The notes beneath the pieces are model-generated. The model did not search any database. It saw nothing but the letters and a program-made list of their open reading frames with translations, and had not been told where the DNA came from. This document shows, in pieces, positions 9,011 through 17,733 of a stretch of DNA of 64,000 nucleotides; position 1 is the first letter of the stretch, and each line of letters begins with the position of its first letter. Position numbers and translations under genes: made by a program. The DNA comes from Polyangiaceae bacterium (GTDB lineage Bacteria; Myxococcota_A; Polyangia; Polyangiales; Polyangiaceae). Location: positions 334,689-398,688 of the forward strand of contig JANRKO010000023.1 in assembly GCA_033763455.1 (NCBI GenBank), written 5' to 3'.

Positions 9011-10108
9011 TCAATCCAGCTCACCAGGCGGTAGCCCAGTTGGAACGGCACTCGGCCTTTCCACACGTGTTTTGAGCTCAACCACGCGCTTCTCAGCTCC
9101 AGAGACGTGCGCGCTCTCCATGATGTCCAATAGGTGGTAAGCAAGCTCCCCACTCGCACGGTGCGCGCGGCCGGATTTTAAAGCCTGCACTAGATCCGCG
9201 GCGCCTGCTCCACGCATTCCTTCCGCGTGTGTCAACGGTACTTCCTCCCAGTCGGAAGAACCCCGCTTGGCGATCCGAACTGGGCCACCAAAGGTGTTGG
9301 GGTCTGGTACAGATAGCGCACCCTCCGTGCCGTAGATCTCGATGCGAGGCAGCGAATGTCGCACCACATCGAAGCTCATCATCATGCTCGCCGCAGCGCC
9401 GTTTTCGAACTCAAGGTTGGCAGCTACGTGGGTTGGAACTTCTACCTTCACACGAGTGCCATAAAGTGGCTTGCTCGTGATGGTGCGCTCCGCGAACGCT
9501 TGGTTCGTAACGGCACTCACGCGCCTAACGGGGCCCAGGAGGTTCACGAGAGCTCCCAGATAATACGGGCCCATATCTAAGAGGGGGCCACCGCCCGCCT
9601 GGTAGTAGAACGCCGGGCTTGGGTGCCAGGATTCATGGCCAGCGCAGCCAAAAAAAGCCACTGCCGAAGTTGGCTGGCCGATGGCGCCGTCGTCGATCAG
9701 CTTGCGGCAAGTCTGGATGCCCCCGCCCAAGAATGTGTCCGCGGCGCAAGCCACGCGTAACTTCTTAGCGCGCGCCAACTCCAGCACCGGGGCAGCCTCG
9801 CTCAACCTCAAGGCTAGTGGCTTTTCGCTGTACACGTGCTTGTTCGCCTCCAGAATAGCCATATCCACCGGGGCATGGGCCGCGGGAATCGTCAGGTTGA
9901 TGATCAATCCAATCTCAGGATCCTTCAGCAAGTCCGCGATGCTGACGGCGCGGATGCCATGTTCTTGGGCCTTCTGCTTGGCCCGCTCTTCGTCAAGATC
10001 CGCACAGGCAACGATAGAAAGAGCGCTGTAGTGCTTTCCGCCCTTGAAGTACGCGTTCGAGATGTTGCCGCAACCGATCACGCCTACGGCCATTTTCGTG
10101 TTTGTCAT
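9011..10108 (-). CDS. Gfo/Idh/MocA family oxidoreductase
   Basis: GVIGCGNIS, HVYSEKPL, GGGPLLDMGPYY. ATG at 10108 follows GAAGGA. Confidence 0.92.
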   Translation of the reverse strand: MTNTKMAVGVIGCGNISNAYFKGGKHYSALSIVACADLDEERAKQKAQEHGIRAVSIADLLKDPEIGLIINLTIPAAHAPVDMAILEANKHVYSEKPLALRLSEAAPVLELARAKKLRVACAADTFLGGGIQTCRKLIDDGAIGQPTSAVAFFGCAGHESWHPSPAFYYQAGGGPLLDMGPYYLGALVNLLGPVRRVSAVTNQAFAERTITSKPLYGTRVKVEVPTHVAANLEFENGAAASMMMSFDVVRHSLPRIEIYGTEGALSVPDPNTFGGPVRIAKRGSSDWEEVPLTHAEGMRGAGAADLVQALKSGRAHRASGELAYHLLDIMESAHVSGAEKRVVELKTRVERPSAVPTGLPPGELD

Positions 10109-10143
10109 AGCTTTTCCTTCAACGCACCAGCTCTGAGGAGAGC

Positions 10144-10803
10144 TCAAGCAAGTGCTCCTGCCGCCCATAGCAGCCCGCGACGCGTGAGCTCGAGTGCCTC
10201 AGGCACATCAAAGTCCGCACGCACATGGCCCAAAGCGGAGTAGAAAACCCGACCTTTGCCGAAGCGCTTCTTCCACACCACTGGCATCGTTACATTCTTG
10301 ATCCAATCCGCATCGCCATGCTCACCACTAAAAACGGTGGTAGCGAGCACTTCGTTGGCTGGGTCAACGTGCATATAATATTGCTCGCTGTGCATCTGAA
10401 AATCAGAGATGCCGCGGGTAATTGGGTCATCCTCACCGATGATTTGCACGCTATAATCAACGATGTTGCCAGGATGCGCGACCCACTGCCCCCCCGTCAT
10501 GAACTGGTAGTCCACGTTGTTGCGGAACGCATCGCACATGCCCCCGTGCCAGCCCGCAATCCCCACTCCACCGCGCACGGCGTTTAAGAGGCCGCGTTCG
10601 CTCTCCCCCGGAAGAGTTCCCATGGTCCAAACCGGGACAACTAAGCTCAAGCTTTTCATCAGAGCTTCGTCCTGGAACACCTCAAGGTTGCTCTCGATAC
10701 GCACCTCAAACCCTGAGTTGCCCAAAATCTCCCCAAACAAGCGAGCGCAAATCTCCGGCTCATGCCCATTCCATCCGCCGTACACGAACAGTGCTTTTTT
10801 CAT
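10144..10803 (-). CDS. ThuA-domain protein
   Basis: [44 protein letters not shown]. Confidence 0.88.
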   Translation of the reverse strand: MKKALFVYGGWNGHEPEICARLFGEILGNSGFEVRIESNLEVFQDEALMKSLSLVVPVWTMGTLPGESERGLLNAVRGGVGIAGWHGGMCDAFRNNVDYQFMTGGQWVAHPGNIVDYSVQIIGEDDPITRGISDFQMHSEQYYMHVDPANEVLATTVFSGEHGDADWIKNVTMPVVWKKRFGKGRVFYSALGHVRADFDVPEALELTRRGLLWAAGALA

Positions 10804-10878
10804 AATTGCTCCGCCTTGCGCGTTTTGACCACCATATATGCTGCATTATCGCCAATCTAGAGGATATATTTCCCACAC

Positions 10879-11709
10879 ATGGATCTTTTTACCATCCCCT
10901 TCCGGCACCACCCACGCCGCCTGCCAGCGCGTTTGCCCCTCGCCCAGCTAGGCTACCTGCCGAAAAAGTTCGACCAGGTTAACCGCGGCTTTGATACTGT
11001 TAATTACTCGTTCATACTGCGTGGCACGGGGCACTATGAGTTGTACGGCGTGCGCCACCTAGTGCAGGCACCCTGTGTGTTCATCGAATTCCCTGGCCTG
11101 GAGTTCAACTATGGCCCACTCGCCAATACATCTTGGGAAGAGTTGTACCTGATGTACGACGGTGCGCAGCAGCCGGTCCTCGAACAAGCGGGCCTCTTCG
11201 ACGCAAGCGAGCCCATCTGGAGCTTGGGGGAGACGCGTCGGCTCGCGGCGCTTTCGCTCGAATTGCGCACACTTTGCACCGCAAGCCTCACCCACAATAT
11301 GGATCGAATCGATCGCGTGGCCGAAGCACTCTTAGTGGAGGCTCACCTTGCTGAGGGCCACGCCGAATCGTCCGCGCCCGCTGCGCGCGTGCGGGAGGTC
11401 CTCCAGCTGATCGAACAGCGCTACCTGGAAGATCACGATTTTCTGGAGCTGGCACGCAGTCACCAGCTCTCACCAACGCATTTTCGTCGCCTTTGGAACC
11501 ACCTGGTTGGAGTGCCTCCCGCCCGCTACGTGAGCGAGCTTCGTCTGAAGCAGGCATGCCGGATGCTTGTGGAATCGACGGCCCCCGTCGCCAAGATCGC
11601 CAGAGAGATGCGCTTTCCGGATGCGTTGTATTTCTCCCGCAAGTTTCGGAACTTCACGGGCCAAAATCCAACCAGCTACCGGCGGCGCTATTCGGGAGGC
11701 GGAGGCTAA
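10879..11709 (+). CDS. AraC-family transcriptional regulator
   Basis: C-terminal double HTH: LSPTHFRRLW...LRLKQACRML...IAREMRFPDALYFSRKFR..G.NPTSYR. Divergent from thuA. Confidence 0.9.
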   Translation: MDLFTIPFRHHPRRLPARLPLAQLGYLPKKFDQVNRGFDTVNYSFILRGTGHYELYGVRHLVQAPCVFIEFPGLEFNYGPLANTSWEELYLMYDGAQQPVLEQAGLFDASEPIWSLGETRRLAALSLELRTLCTASLTHNMDRIDRVAEALLVEAHLAEGHAESSAPAARVREVLQLIEQRYLEDHDFLELARSHQLSPTHFRRLWNHLVGVPPARYVSELRLKQACRMLVESTAPVAKIAREMRFPDALYFSRKFRNFTGQNPTSYRRRYSGGGG

Positions 11710-11900
11710 GCTCGGGGCCTCGTGGCTAGGTCCCAATCAATCCGCTCAAACCCCAAGCTTCGAGCGTTTCCCGCATGCCCCCAGTACATTGCAAGAATCC
11801 ACTGTTGGGGCAAAAAACCAGGCTGGGTGCGAAAAGTTTGGAGCAAATGGGTCGGGCTAAAGCGCCAGATGCGCTATGCTTCGCGAGGCACGAGCACCTT

Positions 11901-13259
11901 ATGAAACACCTTCCCAGGCGAACGCTCCTTCGAGGCATGGGCCTTTCCGGCATCTGCATTGGGCTTCCTATTCTGGATGCCATGCTGGATGACAACGGGA
12001 ACTTGATTGGAAAGGCGCGAGCGGCCACCCCTCAGCCGCTCAACTTCCTCACCTTCTTCATTCCGAATGGCGTCCACGCTCCCGATTTCTGGCCAGCCAG
12101 CGAGGGTGATGGGTACGCCATGAGCAGGTCTCTGGAGCCCTTAGCTCACTTGAAGAGTGAATTTCTGTTGCTCCAACATCTGAACAAGGCCGAAGCGTTT
12201 CGTAACGAGCAGATCGACAACGACGCTCACCAGCGTGGGCACGCATCGTTCGCAACCGGGGGCGGGCTCGCCGGTGCATCCACTGTAGAATTTGCTTCGG
12301 CAGATCAAGTGGCGGCCCAAGCGCTGGGTGGGGACACGAAGTTTCGTTCACTCCCTGTGGCGCTCACGGGTGTGCGTTCACCCGCGAACCAAGCAGATCA
12401 TATTTCGTGGAGCGACGGTAAAACCTTCGTACCTGCGGACAATGACCCATTGGTGCTCTTTAACCGCGTATTCGGCGCCAGCGGCGCAGCCGATACGAGC
12501 CGTCCGCTCGCCAAATACAAGAAGAGTATCTTCGACTACGTGGCGTCGGATGTGCAGGATCTTCGCAACCGAGTAGGTGCCTACGACCAAGCCAAGCTGG
12601 ATCAATACATGACGGCGGTGCGAGGGGTGGAACAACAGCTGGAGCCAACGCGTCTAGCTGTTAACTGCATGGCACCAGAGGGAATCAATCCTCAGCTTGG
12701 TGGCCCCACCCCCTCTTTCGACAACGGGAAAGGAGGCTATTCCAACGAGCGTGCACAGCTGCTCATTTGGCTCCAGGTAACCGCGGTAGCTTGTGGCCTT
12801 ACGCGCTTTGGTAGCTTCATGCTCGCAGGAAGAGGCAGCAAGCGCCAATTCAATTGGTTGGGCATCCCCAACGCGGACGACGGCCACCACGGCATTTCTC
12901 ACGATACCTCTCCAGAAGGGCTCGAATATCAAACCCGCATTGTGGTCGACGAAATGAAGCAGTTTGCCTACATGCTGGATCTCATGCAGGGCATCCAGCA
13001 GGGGGATCGCTCGCTGCTTTACAACTCGATCGTGTTCTTCGCCAACGAATGCAACGAAGGGGCGGCTCACGATTACAGCAGCACGCCTACCATTTTGGCA
13101 GGCCGCGCTGGCGGGCAGCTCAAGACTGGCTCTCACATCATTTACGAAAACGCGACACCGTACAGCCGCGTCTTCGTGAGCATTCTGCAGATGCTTGGCA
13201 TGAATGTCACTAAGTTCGGCGTAAACGGCGATCAGCCACTGGTTCGGTTGCTAGCCTGA
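11901..13259 (+). CDS. DUF1552 domain protein (Tat-like signal)
   Basis: RRTLLRGMG..IGLPILDAM, FFIPNG, SLEPL, SADQV, HISW, HHGISH, LLYNSIV, AGRAGGQLKTG. Confidence 0.85.
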   Translation: MKHLPRRTLLRGMGLSGICIGLPILDAMLDDNGNLIGKARAATPQPLNFLTFFIPNGVHAPDFWPASEGDGYAMSRSLEPLAHLKSEFLLLQHLNKAEAFRNEQIDNDAHQRGHASFATGGGLAGASTVEFASADQVAAQALGGDTKFRSLPVALTGVRSPANQADHISWSDGKTFVPADNDPLVLFNRVFGASGAADTSRPLAKYKKSIFDYVASDVQDLRNRVGAYDQAKLDQYMTAVRGVEQQLEPTRLAVNCMAPEGINPQLGGPTPSFDNGKGGYSNERAQLLIWLQVTAVACGLTRFGSFMLAGRGSKRQFNWLGIPNADDGHHGISHDTSPEGLEYQTRIVVDEMKQFAYMLDLMQGIQQGDRSLLYNSIVFFANECNEGAAHDYSSTPTILAGRAGGQLKTGSHIIYENATPYSRVFVSILQMLGMNVTKFGVNGDQPLVRLLA

Positions 13260-13311
13260 TTGTGAGGTCGCGTGGGCGGGCTGTTTCGGCCTGCCCCGAG
13301 CGCTAAGATCC

Positions 13312-14628
13312 ATGGGCAACCGAGCCAAACGTGCGCGGCGCTGCGAAAAGTGCCGGCTCCATCTTTCGGCGTGTCTGTGCGCTGAAATACCTAACTTCGA
13401 TCTAAACACCAAGCTGGTGCTCGTGATGCACCAACGCGAAGTGCACAAGACGACCGCTACGGCACCCTGGGCACTGCTGGCGCTCAAGCAGAGCGAACTG
13501 CACGTGCACGGGGAACGCGAAAGCACGCTCAACCTCAGTTCCTTACAGACCCCGGAACGCCGGATCCTACTGCTTTTCCCCTCCGAACAGGCCCGCCCGC
13601 TCACACCACAAGTGCTTTCGGAGGATGCGCGACCGGTCACACTAATAGTGCCTGATGGCACCTGGCGTCAGGCCAAGCGAGCTGCAAAGCGCATCCGAAA
13701 CCTGATCCAGGCTGAGCCCGTATGCCTTAGCGGGGGCCCAGCGAGCGAATATAAGCTCCGGCGCGAACCACAGGTTGAAGGCCTCGCGACCTTCGAAGCG
13801 ATTGCGCGCGCCATGGGTATCATCGAGGGCCGAGGAGTGCAAGTGGCGCTTGAAGCTGCGTTTGCGCGCTTAGTCCACGCAACGCTCGCATCACGCGGGG
13901 TTGTGGCTCCCCTCGCAAAAAACAACGCCTCCACGATCGCAGCAGACGTTACGGCGCCGCCTCAGGTTTCACTTGAGATCTTGTATCAAGACGATGATCT
14001 GATTGCCATCAACAAGCCTTCCGGGATGCCCGTGCACCGAGGCTGGGCCAAAGACGGCCTGCCCGCACTTCAAGCCTTAAGAAACCAGATCGGCCGCCAC
14101 GTTTACCCCGTGCACCGCTTAGACCGCGCAACCAGCGGAGTGCTGTTGTTTGCCTTGAGTAGCGAAGCGGCGCGGGATATTCAGCGAATTTTTGACGAAC
14201 GCAGGGCAAAAAAGACGTACCTAGCGCTCTGCCGTGGCCATTCTGCATCGCTCACGCACGTGGACCATCCACTTGCGAAGGTCAAAGGCGGCACCGCTCG
14301 CCCCGCCGTCACAGATTTCAGGCTACTTGGGCAGTTCGAACGTTATGGCCTGTATGCAGCTCAGCCGCATACAGGGCGGTTGCACCAGATCCGGCGGCAC
14401 CTAAAGCACAAAAGCCACCCGATTATCGGGGACGTGCGCTACGGCAAAGGGGAGCACAACCGCATCTTTCGCGAACGGTTTGGATTTCACCGGCTCGCAC
14501 TCCACGCAGCACTTCTTGAGCTGGAACACCCTCGCACCCAAGAGGCTCTGGTGCTGAGGGCGCCCTTACCCGAAGATCTCAAACTGCTCTTTGCACAGCT
14601 AAATCTACCCATGGAGGCTGGGATTTAA
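13312..14628 (+). CDS. Fusion of DTW-domain tRNA aminocarboxypropyltransferase and TruC-like (RluA family) pseudouridine synthase
   Basis: N-half: RCEKCRL...CLC, MHQRE..K, LIVPDGTWRQA, TFEAIA. C-half: INKPSG..VHR, PVHRLDRATSG, TGRLHQIRRHL.H..HPIIGD..YG...HNR. One uninterrupted frame. Confidence 0.85.
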   Translation: MGNRAKRARRCEKCRLHLSACLCAEIPNFDLNTKLVLVMHQREVHKTTATAPWALLALKQSELHVHGERESTLNLSSLQTPERRILLLFPSEQARPLTPQVLSEDARPVTLIVPDGTWRQAKRAAKRIRNLIQAEPVCLSGGPASEYKLRREPQVEGLATFEAIARAMGIIEGRGVQVALEAAFARLVHATLASRGVVAPLAKNNASTIAADVTAPPQVSLEILYQDDDLIAINKPSGMPVHRGWAKDGLPALQALRNQIGRHVYPVHRLDRATSGVLLFALSSEAARDIQRIFDERRAKKTYLALCRGHSASLTHVDHPLAKVKGGTARPAVTDFRLLGQFERYGLYAAQPHTGRLHQIRRHLKHKSHPIIGDVRYGKGEHNRIFRERFGFHRLALHAALLELEHPRTQEALVLRAPLPEDLKLLFAQLNLPMEAGI

Positions 14629-14701
14629 ACGCCGAAGTGGTCTCATTCGACGTGTGGTTCGGTGCGCGTTTCCAGCATTCACCGAGCGACGACCACCCGC
14701 G

Positions 14702-15685
14702 TCACCAACGGAGATGCACGTGAGGCTTAACTTGTTCCTCATAAACGGCGCGGAGCCGCTCCATAAGTTCGGGAGCGAGCGGAGGCAGATCGGAAGCACT
14801 GCAATTGGCGTCCGCTTGGCCCACCGTGCGGGTGCCTGGAATAATGCAACTCACCGCCGGATCCATCAGAGCCCAGCGCGAGGCCAACTGAGCCAAGGTG
14901 AACCCTGCCGGCACAAGTGGCTTCAAACTTTCAACCGCTTTGAGGCCAAGATCGTAGTCAAAACCGGAGAAGGTTTCCCCGCGATCGAAGGCTTCCCCAT
15001 TGCGATTAAAGGCGCGATGGTCGTCAGCAGCAAAGCGAGTATCAGGCTTGAGCTTGCCGGTGAGCATGCCCGAAGATAACGGCAACCTCGCTAAAATGCC
15101 TATCCTCTTTGCTTCGGCCTGTCGAAAGAACAGCTCAGAAGGACGTTGACGAAAGAGATTGTACACGATCTGCACGCTTTTCAGGTTGGGGTATTCGAGC
15201 GCCACCAGGCCTTCTTCCACCTTTTCCACGCTCACGCCGTAGTGCCGAATCTTACCCGCACGCTCTAAATCATCCATCACTCCGAAGACTTCCGGGCGAT
15301 AATAGACGTCAGTGGGGGGGCAGTGCAGTTGCACAAGATCGAGCGCCTCGGTGCGCAGATTCTTGAGGCTACGCTCCACGTAAGCCGTAAGGTTGGTTCG
15401 ATTGTAGCTGTCCGCCGTGTGAGGAGATGAGCGGCGGCCAACTTTGGTGGCAACAACAAATGGATCTTTTCGTTGATTTCTAACTTCAGCGATCAGCTTC
15501 TCGCTATGCCCATCACCGTAAACATCGGCGGTATCAATGAAATTCACACCAAGATCGAGAGCGCGGTGGAGCGCCAGCAGGGATTCGGCGTCGTTGGTGC
15601 TGCCCCAAGAGCCCCCAATAGCCCAGGCGCCAAAGCTTACGGTGGACACGTTGAAGCCTGTTCTTCCAAGCGGTCGGTACTGCAC
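14702..15685 (-). CDS. Aldo/keto reductase
   Basis: YRPLGRTG, FIDTADVYGDGHSE, VATKVG, DLVQLH, GKIRHYGVS. Confidence 0.92.
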   Translation of the reverse strand: MQYRPLGRTGFNVSTVSFGAWAIGGSWGSTNDAESLLALHRALDLGVNFIDTADVYGDGHSEKLIAEVRNQRKDPFVVATKVGRRSSPHTADSYNRTNLTAYVERSLKNLRTEALDLVQLHCPPTDVYYRPEVFGVMDDLERAGKIRHYGVSVEKVEEGLVALEYPNLKSVQIVYNLFRQRPSELFFRQAEAKRIGILARLPLSSGMLTGKLKPDTRFAADDHRAFNRNGEAFDRGETFSGFDYDLGLKAVESLKPLVPAGFTLAQLASRWALMDPAVSCIIPGTRTVGQADANCSASDLPPLAPELMERLRAVYEEQVKPHVHLRW

Positions 15686-15726
15686 GTTGTTCTCCTCGGT
15701 GACGATTTCGCGTAGCGTGCATCACC

Positions 15727-16275
15727 ATGGCGCTTACCGCAACGATGTACCACATCCAAGTCGACCTCTCGGATGTCGACCGCGGTGTATACGAGTCGCT
15801 CGATCTTCGTGTGGCGCGCCATCCGTCTGAAAGCATGCGCTACCTTCTGACGAGAACGTTGGCCTATTGCCTCGCGTACGAGGAGGGCATCGCGTTCTCC
15901 AAGGGAGGGCTCTCCAATACGGATGACCCACCGCTTAGCATCCACGACCTTCAGGGCAATTTGCGCACGTGGATAGAAATCGGAACACCCTCAGCGGAGC
16001 GTTTACACAAGGCAAGCAAGGCTTCCCCGCGCTTGGTGGTGTTTACCCAGCATGATCCTATGCTCCTTCAGAAAACCGCGACTGAACGCGACATTCACCG
16101 GGCCCAAGAGATCGAGATTTACGCTCTTGAACCTACATTCTTGGACGAGCTCGATGCCGTTACCGATCGCAATGTTAGATGGGAGCTCGTGCACACCGAC
16201 GGTCAACTGTATGTTACCGTCGGCGGCAAGAGCATTGTGGGTAGTGTAGCCCGGCACAAATTGGTGCAGGCGTAA
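15727..16275 (+). CDS. YaeQ-family protein
   Basis: MALTAT.Y...LSDVDRGVY..L..RVARHPSE, FSKGGLS..DDP, WIEIG.P...RLHKA. Confidence 0.88.
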   Translation: MALTATMYHIQVDLSDVDRGVYESLDLRVARHPSESMRYLLTRTLAYCLAYEEGIAFSKGGLSNTDDPPLSIHDLQGNLRTWIEIGTPSAERLHKASKASPRLVVFTQHDPMLLQKTATERDIHRAQEIEIYALEPTFLDELDAVTDRNVRWELVHTDGQLYVTVGGKSIVGSVARHKLVQA

Positions 16276-16291
16276 TGCGAATGGCGGCACC

Positions 16292-16726
16292 TTAAACTTG
16301 AGCTTTCGCCTTGAACGCTGGCGTCTGCGGCGCAACCGTGGGTGTAGCTATCGCAGCCAGCATAGGGGCGTATGCAGCGCGGAAGCTGTATGCGAGGTAC
16401 AGGTGAAGCGCCAATAGCAAAAGGGGCACAGCCAGCCCAGCGGGCGCGAGGAACGCATGGAATGCTACGATGTTGAGCGTTACGGGGGCCAGTAGCGTCA
16501 GCGCCAACGGAACATAGCGCCCTGACAACAGGAGGAGCCCCACGACAACTTCGGTGCCTTTGATGAAGGGGAACATGTATCCGGTGGCGCCGAGCGCTCC
16601 CAGAAATTCGCCAGCGGCCCCGCTCATAGGGGGCTGCGGCAGGAAGTGTAAGAAGCCATTGAGCCCAAAAACGAAGAAGGCAAAGCCAAGGGCCAAACGT
16701 GCGGCGGTGAGTGCTTTTGTGGTCAT
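16292..16726 (-). CDS. DoxX-family membrane protein
   Basis: ARLALG..F.VFGLNGF, TGY..P..KGTE, LAPVTLNIV.FH. Hydrophobic helices. Confidence 0.8.
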   Translation of the reverse strand: MTTKALTAARLALGFAFFVFGLNGFLHFLPQPPMSGAAGEFLGALGATGYMFPFIKGTEVVVGLLLLSGRYVPLALTLLAPVTLNIVAFHAFLAPAGLAVPLLLLALHLYLAYSFRAAYAPMLAAIATPTVAPQTPAFKAKAQV

Positions 16727-16801
16727 CTTGATACGTCGTCCTTTCTTGTTGCGACGTCGTACAGTTTAATTGTTGTCCTTCTGGTAACTAGACGTGGCCA
16801 C

Positions 16802-16818
16802 AGCAACACATTGTTGCT
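16802..16818. promoter_or_regulatory. Perfect inverted repeat AGCAACA-N3-TGTTGCT, probable LysR autoregulatory site
   Basis: Lies in the divergent doxX/lysR intergenic region, 12 bp before the lysR ATG. Confidence 0.55.
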
Positions 16819-16830
16819 ATTAGAACAACA

Positions 16831-17733
16831 ATGGACCTGAATCACGTCGCTATTTTCGCTCGGGTTGTTGAAGCCGGCAGTTTCACCAAAGCCGGCGCTG
16901 AGCTCGGGTTGCCGAAGTCCTCCGTGAGCCGCACGGTGGCGAGCCTCGAAGCGTCGCTAGGAGTTCAATTGCTTCAACGCACCACACGTAAGCTCAACCT
17001 CACCGAAGCGGGGCGTGAATACTTTGAGCAAACGCGGCGGATACTCGCGGAGCTCGATGAGGCCACCCTTGCTGTTTCAAAACTGGGGAAGGAACCACGG
17101 GGCACCGTACGCATGACGGCACCGTTTGATATTGGGGCTCTCATGCTTGCCGATACCATTGCTACCTTTACAGCAAAGTACCCGCGCATTCACATCGATC
17201 TCTCTCTAACGGCTCGGCGGGTAGATCTTGTCGCCGAAGGCTTCGATCTCGCGGTCAGGGCAGCGGCACGCCTGAGTGATTCGTCGCTGATTGCAACGAA
17301 GGTGGGTTCCACAGAGTTTGGGCTCTTTGCTTCGGGGGCCTATCTGGAGCGGCGGGGCACACCCCGCACCATGGAAGAGCTCAAGCGGCACTGCTGTATT
17401 TTGTTTCGCGCTCAGGGGGGCGCCGCCAATTGGCACCTCACAGGGCCGAGGGGCGAAGAGGTGGTGTCCGTGAAGGGGCCACTCAATGTCGATGAGATGC
17501 TGTTTGTGAGTCAAGCCGTGGAGCGGGGCATGGGCATCGGCCTCTTGCCAACTATAAGGCTCACGGACAAACAACTAGGCGAGCAGCAGTTAGTGCGAGT
17601 TCTTCCCGAGTATAGGGCAGAAGGGGGATCCTTGTTTATTGTGCTGCCGGCGGCGCGACACCGTCCAGCGCGGGTCACCCTATTCAGTGAGTTTCTGATC
17701 CAGAGCCTTCGAGCTCTTCCGTGGGGTCGGTAA
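16831..17733 (+). CDS. LysR-family transcriptional regulator (CrgA-like)
   Basis: FARVVEAGSFTKA..LGLPKSSVSR.V..LE..LGV.LL.RTTR.L.LTEAG, VDLVAEGFDLAVR. Confidence 0.93.
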   Translation: MDLNHVAIFARVVEAGSFTKAGAELGLPKSSVSRTVASLEASLGVQLLQRTTRKLNLTEAGREYFEQTRRILAELDEATLAVSKLGKEPRGTVRMTAPFDIGALMLADTIATFTAKYPRIHIDLSLTARRVDLVAEGFDLAVRAAARLSDSSLIATKVGSTEFGLFASGAYLERRGTPRTMEELKRHCCILFRAQGGAANWHLTGPRGEEVVSVKGPLNVDEMLFVSQAVERGMGIGLLPTIRLTDKQLGEQQLVRVLPEYRAEGGSLFIVLPAARHRPARVTLFSEFLIQSLRALPWGR

